This document shows positions 51,050-64,000 of a stretch of 64,000 nucleotides of DNA, in pieces (position 1 is the stretch's first letter; the number at the start of each line of letters is the position of its first letter). The notes beneath the pieces were generated by a model. It had not been told where the DNA came from. It saw only the letters and a list, made by a program, of their open reading frames with translations, and did not search any database. Where the stretch lies: contig NIVC01001203.1 in NCBI GenBank assembly GCA_002269645.1, positions 124,001 to 188,000 on the forward strand, read 5' to 3'. The translations under genes were made by a program, and so were the position numbers. Source of the DNA: Macrostomum lignano (lineage: Eukaryota).

Positions 51050-52063
51050 TCAGTCTGTAGTCAGGAACCTGTGCCTCATCAAGTGTGCCGCGGACTTTCT
51101 CAGAGTTCGGTCTTTGGCGGTGCAACAGCTGTAGAAATCCTGCAGATCTGGGGAGCAATCAGCTGACAGAGCGGGGGCTCCGTCGTTCGACAGCTTCATG
51201 GCCATTTTCAGCAAGCTTCTGGTGTCGGCGTGAGGTCTTGCTCCGGTGGCCATCTGGAAGACCGAGCAGCCGAACGCCCAGATGTCGGCACTTTTGCTGT
51301 ATAACGTTTTGTCTGATTCACCCGATCCCAGTAACTCAGGTGCCATAAAGTTTAGAGTGCCCTTGGGTGTTTGAGAAGAGGCTGAGATGTGACTGACTGA
51401 CTGCTCCAGCTTGATTGACAGGCCGAAATCGATCAGCTTGATTCGTGAGTTGCCGACAAGAACTATGATGTTGGTGCAGTTGATGTCTCTGTGAATCACA
51501 GGTGGCTCTTGGCTGTGCATGTAGAGCAGGGCACTGCAGATCTATAATCGTTTTTATTGAGCAGCATTTGGCATTGGATCTAGTCTAGTAGAGTCAAATG
51601 TCGTAAGGAAGAGATTTGAAAAGGCAATCAAAGCGTACACTCGTATTGCACAATACAAAACAGATCTGACCAGAGCAATTACATGGGAAAACTTTTTACC
51701 TGTTTACTGAAATGACGAACCGTTTTTTCATCGAGTGGTTTGTTGTTAATGTAATTCTCTAAGGTGCGACCGTCCAGCAACTCCATAAACACGACGAGTG
51801 TCGCTGGCTCGGGCTGAGCAACGTCCAAGAACTTGACAATGTTGTCGTGCTGCAGACGGCGCAGGTTCTTCTCACTCTCGACAGCTCCGTTGACCTCTCT
51901 TTCAAGAGTTTCAAGCTCATCGCCAAGCTGGATGGGCAGCTTGAGAGTCTTTGTAGCGCATCGGATGCCCTTGTCGGTGATGACTTCGTGGATTTCGCCA
52001 AAACCTCCCCTGCCGATGAGTCTAACCGAGGTCCAGCTTTCCTGGTAAAGTGGCTCCTCCGTG
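51050..52063 (-). CDS. Ser/Thr kinase domain, two exons (MEKK/STE11-like)
   Basis: IGRGGFG, ATK, HRDINCTN, DFG, GTLNFMAPE, ADIWAFGC; intron 51542-51699. Confidence 0.9.
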
Positions 52064-55000
52064 CTGCATAGGTACAAATTATTATAGATGAAAGTTTTTT
52101 TCAGCATTGTGCTCATTTTTTACCTTATTTTTACCTAGCTTTGACTTTCCGCGTGGGAAAATCAAAATACGCTGTTGCATTCTTATGTTAAACTAATTCT
52201 GACTCAAGTGGCTGAAATCTCTCAGTATGCTATCGCTGAATAGCCTTTTATCCATGCTTTAGTTAGAATTTTTTCTCATGAAAAAAACTGACCGATTCCT
52301 GAATCTAAAAAGCACTTGAATGCCTCTTTCTACCCGTACTGACGTCCGTTTTAGCAGACAAAATAGCAGTAAACTCGTACTTAGGCGGTAGTCATACTCG
52401 TAGGTACAGTATATTGCATTGACCCATGGCACTCAGATACGAGTACTCACACTTGATTTTACAACGACGACACAGATCTCTTTATCACCAGGAATGTACA
52501 GACCAAAGACCACTAGAAGTTACCGTTGCATCAGCGGTACGCTCATATAACGACGATACGAAGATAACTTCTAGTGGTCCTTGGTACAGGCTATGTGTCT
52601 TTTTTGTTGGTGATGCTCATGGACGTGAAATGTTCAACGAGCTTGAATCCTGATATCTGAGAGCGATTTCAAGCTCAATACCACACTCGGACTTTCACAA
52701 AAGTTCGACTATCTGCATTATACAAAAAATGAACCCTCACTCACCTTGAGGGTGTGCTTCTTGAGCTGTGCTGCAGCATCTCCGAGGAATTTTTCACCCT
52801 CTTTGCGTCAAATTCCTTGCAGCGTCGATAAAATTTCGACAGAGCAGTTACCAGTCGCATAGAAGGCTTCGGCATCGCAGAGTCGGTCAGGGTGAGCATC
52901 GGGATCTGGAACATCGCAGCATCCCCGCTTGGTTGCTGCGTTTCTTTTAACTCAAACACCGCACATCCGAGTAGCTCGGGTGCCGTGGAGTGGTTGGTCC
53001 CGCTCGGGTTCGTGCTGAGTCCGCAGCTGGCCACGGCCTGAGGAAAGTCGATAACCTTGATAAGACCGTCAGTAGTGATCACGATGTTTGAGCACAATGC
53101 ACTGCTGTGCGCAGTGAAATGTCGTTGGCGATCTAGACATCTGAGGCCCGAGCAGACCTAGAATTTGGTGTTGAGCTAGGGTTCATTGTGCCTGTCTAAT
53201 CGCAAATAGAATCACTGTTTAAGAACTTTTAAAAGCAGATTCATTTATTAAATATTTGAACCAGTTTTTAGCTCACATCATTGCAATTTAATATCTGTCA
53301 CTTAAAAAGAGCAATACGTTAATATCGTCAAAGTCAAACAGAATAGAGTCAAATTAGCTCCAAGACACGGAGCTTTTGTAATTAAACTAACCTGACGCGC
53401 AAACTCTGCTACATCCACCTGTGGAATCAGGTTTAGCTGTCTCTCTATCAACTCAAATAGGCTGTGTCCGGAGACAAGCACATCGAGGCTGTAGAAACCG
53501 CCAGTCTTCAGGAACTCACACTTGAGAAACTGCCGGATGCTGGTGGGATAAATAATATCTTTGACTGCTCGTATTTCTATTTCTAATATTTTCAGTTCTA
53601 ACGACTTTTTGGCGAGAATCTTGGTGGCTGCAGTCTGGATTTGGTCAGCAAGAGTCGTGTACACCTTGCCGAATTCGCCAGAGCGAATGATCGGCTTTTT
53701 CAATGGCTGAGGTACTGTTCTGGGCTTTTGAACTGTTGATGCGGTACTGCAATTGTTACTTTTGTTCATACTGTTAGCAGCGCGAACACTGCAAGATTTT
53801 TGGGAATATTTTATTTGTGCCACCGACGTTCGACCATCTTCGAACTTTCGAACATTCGGACGCGGCCCTGGCTGATTAGGCTGTTTTGGTGACTTCTCAC
53901 CGGCCAACCAAGACAGCTTTCTGAATTTCCTATCACTATGCTTGTCCATTCTTACGTAGTCAGAAATGTTCTCTCCTTTACTGTTCTTCAGAGCAAACAT
54001 CTGATGTCCAAGTTGGTCGGCCAGATACTGCAGCAACTCGGCTGACTGGTGCTGGGCAGCCAGATGGACGGCTGTGTCTCCGTGTTTGTCGCGAACTGTA
54101 AGACACTGGGATCCGCACTCTTGAACAAGCCATTCAAGATTTATGTCATTTACGAGATTTGTAGCAGCGCAATGAAAAGCCGTTCTGTCTCGAAAGCCTT
54201 TCATTCGATACAAGCATTCACGCCCGAGCACTATCTTTATCAGTTTCAACGAATCGACGCCCTGATATTGAGCGGCAAGATGTACGGCCGTGTTTCCGTC
54301 TTCGTCGGGAACTGTGAGACAGTCGCAGCCTAACTCTCTGATGAGCCACTCAAGTGGTGCTGTGCTATCGGAATTCATCGCAGCAAGATGAAAAGGCGCT
54401 CTTTTATGGTGACTAACTCTTTGTTTGAAGCAGTCAGTACCAAGTTCTTTTTTTATCAGTTCCATTGAATCGACACCTTGACACTGAATAGCAAGGTGGA
54501 CTGCGGTATTGCCATCCTCGTCAGGAATCGTGAGCCAGTGGCGTCCCAATTTTTTCACAATCCATTTCAATGCGGCATTGCTCACCTTGTTCATGGAAGC
54601 ATAATGAGTTACCGTTTTGCCAGATCGGGTCTTCTTGTTGAAGAGCAGATCATTTTTCAGTGAGTCTTGAAGTAGCACCATCCACGAGTCGGTGTGGTAC
54701 TTTGCAGCCAGGTGCACAGGTGTCTCCCCACAATCGTTCGTGCAAGTCAGACATTCTGATCCGAGCCTGTTAATCAAGGCCTTCAAACACAGCGGACTGC
54801 GCCACTTGCAGACTACGTGATGGGCCACGGATTGAGTTTTTTCTTCTTTGGAAAAGTCTTTGTAGCCACCGACGCTCAGATCAAAGTTGGAGTCGAGCTG
54901 CTGGAAAAGCCGCTGCAGCAGTTCCTCATCTCCTTTTTCCAGCGCTGCTCGCAGCCGGGACTCATAAAGGCTTCTGCAATCGAAATGTAATGTCGGTAGA

Positions 55001-56717
55001 TTTAAGATTCGCTGGTGCAATGTTTAAAGCTAAAAAATGAATTTTATCGGCTTCATAATTGAAGTCTTCACAGCTAACAACACGCGTTCCAGGTATAAAA
55101 TTTTCTCTGCCAACAAAATATGGGATATTGATCAACTCACCGACTCGAATAGTCTTTAGTCGCAGTTGCTGTAATCGGTTTATGGCACACCTGACTAGGA
55201 GCTGAATCAGGCTTCATTGACAGCTGGCTGGCAATCCAAGCCCGGTTCCTGGCTCTGCGGTCTGCATCGGCAGCCTTCTCCACAAAGTCGGCCAATGTCT
55301 CTCCTTTATTGTTTTTCAAGGAGAAAATCAGTGGCCCAAGTTGATCAGATAAAAACTGGAGCAACTTATCCGACTGATACTGGGCAGCAAGATGGACGGC
55401 TGTGTTTCCATCACTGTCGGGCACTATCAAACAGTCTTGTCCTAACTCATCGACGAGCCACTCGAGTGTTGCGCAACTTGAATTTAAGGCAGCGTAGTGG
55501 AATGCTGTTCTGCTCCGAAAGCCTTTAATATCAGGAAAGCAGCCAGAACCGAGCACTCTCTGTATCAGATTCATGGAATCCACACCTTGATGCTCTGCAG
55601 CTAGATGGATAGCCGTGTGTCCTCTTTCATCGGCAACTGTGAGACAGTCACTTCCGCATTCTTTTACAATCCAAGCTAGCGATAAGCTACTTGTAGGATT
55701 CATAGCTGCAAAGTGAATTGCACTCTGCTTGTCACGGTTTTTCAAATGAAAACATCTTGAACCGAGCTCTTTCTTAATCAGCTCCATCAAATCAGTGTCT
55801 TGGTATTGTGCAACCAGATGAACCGGTGTGTCTCCAAATCTGTCTTGAACCGTTAGGCTTTCGGGTCCACACTCCTTGACAAGCCATTTCAGTGTTTCGC
55901 TGTTCACATTGTTAGTAGCAGCGCAGTGAACGGCCGTCCTGTTTCGATTACCTCCTTTTTGAAGGAAGCATTCAGATCCTAACTCACCTTTTATCATTCT
56001 CATCGATTCGACACCTTGAGACGCAGAGGCGAGAAGAACAGCCGTGTTTCCGTCTTCGTCAGGAATTTTAAGACATTCGGATCCGAACTTTTTGACTAGC
56101 CATTCTAGCACCGCATTGGTTCCAATGTTTGTAGCAGCACTGTGAAAAACTGTTCTATTCCGATAACCTGCCAGGTCCTTAAAGCAGTCGGTTCCGAGCT
56201 CTCTCTTTATCAGTTCCATCGAACCGACGCCTTGATACTCTGCGACCGTGTGGACGGCTGTGTCTCCATCATTGTCAGGAATTGTGAGACAATGGCGTCC
56301 CAGCTGTTTTACGAGCCACAAAAGCGACGAGTTGTTCACCTCATTCATGGCTGCATAGTGAGTCACTGTTTTACCCGACTTAGTCTTCTCCTTGAAGCAG
56401 TCCTCGCTAAGAGCGTCTCGAACCAGCTGAATCCAAGAGGCGTCCTGGTGCTTAGCAGCCAGGTGCACAACAATTTCGGCCCAGTCGTTTCTGCAAGTCA
56501 GACAGTCGGGTCCGAATTTCTCAATCAGGAGCTTCAGGCACTGCAGATTGCGCACCTTGCAGACCACGTGATGCGCAATCGGCTGAGTTCGTTCCCGATT
56601 GACGAAGTAGCTGTAGCCGCCAACTGTCATCTGGCAGTTGGTTCGAAGCAGAGGAATGAGTTGTTGCAACTGTCCATCGTCTCTTGCTTCAAGAGCCTTT
56701 CTCAGAGTTGACTCCAT
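51050..56717 (-). CDS. Ankyrin-repeat tandem kinase: ANK block - ANK block - pseudokinase - STE/MAP3K-like kinase (about 1475 aa)
   Basis: Exons 56717-55141, 54973-53392, 53157-52745, 52063-51700, 51541-51050. Junctions CG|GTGAGT..TGCAG|A (phase 2), CAG|GTTAGT..CTAG|GTC (0), AG|GTGAGT..GCAG|C (2), CAG|GTAAAA..ATAG|ATC (0); 4428 nt total, divisible by 3. Confidence 0.8.
52745..53710 (-). CDS. Pseudokinase domain, two exons
   Basis: IRSGEFGKVY, AATKI, HSSALCSN in place of HRDxKxxN, DFP in place of DFG, APE retained, subdomain IX largely deleted. Confidence 0.75.
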
Positions 56718-58091
56718 TAGGCTGCTTTGCTGCTTTATGTCTTCGAAAACGCACTTTTTTACTTATTGCAGTGTCTTTTGTCTGCTGGCTTAAATAGGCA
56801 GAAACGACACGAGCACTGGCCGCTTGGTCGCACGTTAGGGCGTTCGTTAGTTGTCAAGACAAAAAGAATGACAGAGTATCTCCAGTGTTAAGAAATATAA
56901 GCTTAGACACTTAAGCTAATCTAAAACGGTCAGATGCTCATTTCTTTTTAGTCGTCCTTGCCTGAGCCGGAATGCTCGTAGCTTTCTAGATTCTTAAAGT
57001 GTTCTTTAGCGGGCTCATTTTCGACACTAGCTACTCCATTGTATTTGAAAGAGCCGCGCTGTCTCTGCATCGCAATGGATGACAGACTGCATCAGCCGTC
57101 AAAATATAGCTTTGAGTTTTTTTACATTATATTTTGTTTTCTCTTATGCAGACAAGAACGTAGACAGCCAGTTTTTTTATGAAAAGTGAATCACTGAGTT
57201 TTTAAGGCTGTTTTATCCAAGCCATCCTTTTCTAAGAGTTGATTATTTTTAGCTTACTTTTATAATATAGAGGTAAGAACAATAAGGCAGCTTAGGCGGT
57301 TGAAATGTTACCTGCTGTCAGCTTCTAACTCAGAGCTATAAACGAGCTAGTTAGGTAGGTGGGGGGTATAATTTATTCCGATGAATCATTGCTGCTGCTT
57401 TCATGGAATTTTACTAACAATGAGTTGCAAGTAAGCAAAGGTAAGCGGTGTAAAAGCCAAATTGTCTAGCTTAGCTATATAAAGTATGCGTGTTCTAAAT
57501 CCAGTGTTTACAATAAAATACTCTTTTTGATACAGGTGTAATGTTTTAATCCGTGCCTTAGAGGCAATCAAATGTTGCTAAATCATTGTCGCTACTAATG
57601 CAGGAATGTACATCTCAATCTTTATGTACATCGACGCCAATAAATATATCGATAACTGACACGCGGGACCGTCTCACACTGCCATACACTTTTTGTCACG
57701 CAAGCAAGTGGCAGGTAAAATGAGTATAAGTTATGGATTCCTCATCTGGACCAGGCCATAGACTAAAGAAAAGCGTATTTGTTTGGCCTTTTACTTTTAT
57801 ATTGTAGTTATCGAAAGTTTATAGAAGGTAAATCAGTTTATTTTTCACATCAATTAGAAAAAAGTCAAAGTCATTGACAAGTGCTATAACTGAATAAAAA
57901 TCTTACAACATTAAATTTATACACGTTAGTACGAGAGTAATTTAATACAAAATTTGGTGAAAACAGCTCCATTACGAGTTATAAACAGATTTGACAAGAA
58001 AAGTCTAAATAAGCAATTTAAAACTGAACAGAAATCCAAGAAAGAATGGGAATCGATGGTACATGTAGTCTTCAAGAGTTTTAGTCTGCCT

Positions 58092-58841
58092 TCAAAGAGA
58101 TAAACCAAGTTGAGTAGTCAGAAACTGAAGCGCCTCAGCCGATCGGCAATCGGCGGCCAGTCGAAACGCATCGTTGCCAGTTTCGTCAGGAACCGTGAGA
58201 CTGGCGGTGCCGCATTCCTGTACCAGCCATTCGAGCGATGCGCCACTGTCAGGATTGAGAACTGCGCAATGGACTGCGGTCCTGCTCAACCAACCTTTTT
58301 GATTGAAGCAGTCGGACCCAAGCTCTCTCTTCATCAGTTCCATGGAATCTGTGCTCTGATACTGGGCAGCTAGATGAACTGCTGTGTCGCCGTATTCGTC
58401 GGGCACTGCGAGACACCCAGATCCCAACTTTTTGACGAGCCACTTCAACGATAGATTGGTCATCTCATTCATAGCGGCATAATGGGCTACTGCTCTTCCA
58501 GACCTGGCTGTATCCTGAAAGCAGCTCATGCCTAGAGTGTCCCGAATCAGCTCCATCCACGAGTCGTCCTGATGCTCCGCCGCCAGTTGCACCGCAGTTT
58601 CATCCCAGTCGTTTCGGAACTTCAAACAGTCCGATCCGAATCTGTCAATCAGCAGCTTCAGACACCGCAGATTGTGCGACTTGCAGGCCACGTGATGCGT
58701 CACAGACTGGACTCGCTCTCGTTTGTCCCAATCCTTGTAGCCGCCGACCGTCAGCTCAAAATTACAGTCGAGCTGCTGGCAGAGCGACTGCAGCTGAGCA
58801 TCGTCTGCAGCTTCCAGCGCCACTCGAAGCCTCGGCTCCAT
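58092..58841 (-). pseudogene. Truncated paralogous ankyrin module (249 aa to a premature TGA; homology continues as RQTKTLEDYM)
   Basis: Same N-cap (LR.AL...D..QLQ.L...TVGGY...QSVTHHV.CK) and repeat units as the blocks at 53-57 kb; QLGLSL*RQTKTLEDYM aligns to QLGPLIFSLKNNKGETLADFV. Confidence 0.65.
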
Positions 58842-59479
58842 CGGTGAGGTCCTCGTGTGATTTCAAACACTACGCTTTACCTAGACAGATTTTCCACCTT
58901 ACTTATTGAGTTTTCCATTTTTATATACAGAATCTGCGAAGGTGGAAAAATACCAAAAATATTTGCTTTAGCGCACAATGCCATGCGTGTTACAATAGCG
59001 CTTTTGTGCATTTGAAAAATTCCGCCGAGGTAAGAGGGGAGGGACAGAGCTGGGTAGTGAAAGGTAGGGAAAGGTGGACGAAAATGTGACTTTGGAGAGA
59101 GACAGAGTGTAAGGTCAAGGCCTCTGCCCTGCAATTTTTACCTTAAGTTTTCAATGACCTGTCACCGAACGGTCCATCAACACAGCTATTCGGTTAAACA
59201 GGGGACACGTTTGATGTCTAATCATAGTTTTTAATTTGTGTTGAAGTCTCAAATTTTACTTTTATTTGCGTGGCGAAGAAAGTACATGTAACTTATAAAT
59301 CTTAAGCTTGGGTGTAAATTTAGGTGTATCGGTGATTTATTAATGTGCAAAACCGGTTTAGACATGCGGCTAACTTTTTTCTAGCTTAGAATAATTTCCA
59401 AAAAGAAATAGTTTGAGTTTTTGGAAGCACTTTTGTTCTGATTCAGCACACGGATTAGTAAATCATCCATTTCTCTTTC

Positions 59480-60048
59480 CCTCTTCCCCCTTACACACCT
59501 CCTCTCCCTCTCCTTTCCCTCCACCTCTCCACCTCTCCCTCTCCTTTCCCTCCACCTCTCCAACTCTCCCTCTCCCTTTGCCTCCACCTCTCCACCTCTC
59601 CCTCTCCCTTTGCCTCCACCACTCCCTCTCCTTTTGTCTCCACCTCTCCCTCTCCCTTTGCCTCCACCTCTCCCTCTCCCTTTGTCTCCACCTCCCTCTC
59701 CCCTTGTCTCCACCTCTCCCTCTCCCTTTCCCTCCACCTCTCCCTCTCCTTTGCCTCCACCTCTCCCTCTCCCTTTCCCTCCACCTCTCCCTCTCCTTTG
59801 CCTCCACCTCTCCCTCTCCCTTTCCCTCCACCTCTCCCTCTCCTTTGCCTTCACCTCTCCACCTCTCCCTCTCCTTTGCCTCAACCTCTCCACCTCTCCC
59901 TCTTCTTTGCCTCCACCTCTCCACCTCTCCCTCTCCCTTTGCCTCCACCACTCCCTCTCCCTTTGTCTCCACCTCCCTCTCCCTTTGTCTCCACCTCTCC
60001 CTCTCCCTTTGCCTCCACCTCTCCCTATCCCTTTGCCTCCACCTCTCC
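59480..60048. repeat. About 24-bp pyrimidine minisatellite (CCTCCACCTCTCCCTCTCCCTTTG)
   Basis: Direct reading. Confidence 0.9.

Positions 60049-64000
<3,952 letters not shown>

Noticed and set aside
51050-56717. RNase L orthologue
   Set aside because: No KEN ribonuclease domain follows; the C-terminal module is a second kinase.
58092-58094. Selenocysteine or programmed readthrough at the TGA
   Set aside because: Accompanied by a small deletion relative to sister blocks, and another stop follows about 28 codons later; no SECIS recognised.

Overview
Eukaryotic (animal) genomic DNA: GC-rich GT-AG exons separated by AT-rich introns packed with micro- and minisatellites. The 20-24 bp minisatellite load suggests a free-living flatworm such as Macrostomum (inference, not tested). 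Genes reconstructed by hand: (1) the 3' part of androglobin (ADGB, +, 69-13030), with an apparent Tyr at distal E7 and two paralogous alternative last exons; (2) the 3' end of a death-domain gene (-, 15793-16920); (3) a single-coding-exon type I membrane protein with CUB-like and LDLa-like domains (+, 31739-33112); (4) a 5-exon nicotinic acetylcholine receptor alpha-type subunit with a remodelled ligand pocket (+, 35638-45700); (5) the most striking item, a 5-exon, about 1475-aa minus-strand gene (51050-56717) that the ORF track shows as five unrelated ORFs but which splices in frame into ankyrin block - ankyrin block - pseudokinase - kinase. It is flanked by a nonsense-truncated copy (58092-58841) and a decayed copy (about 49450-49790) of the same ankyrin module, which looks like a birth-and-death sensor-kinase cluster. 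Also present: a TIR element with a transposase HTH remnant, Helitron-like ends, and a homogeneous 271-bp tandem array running off the window end.
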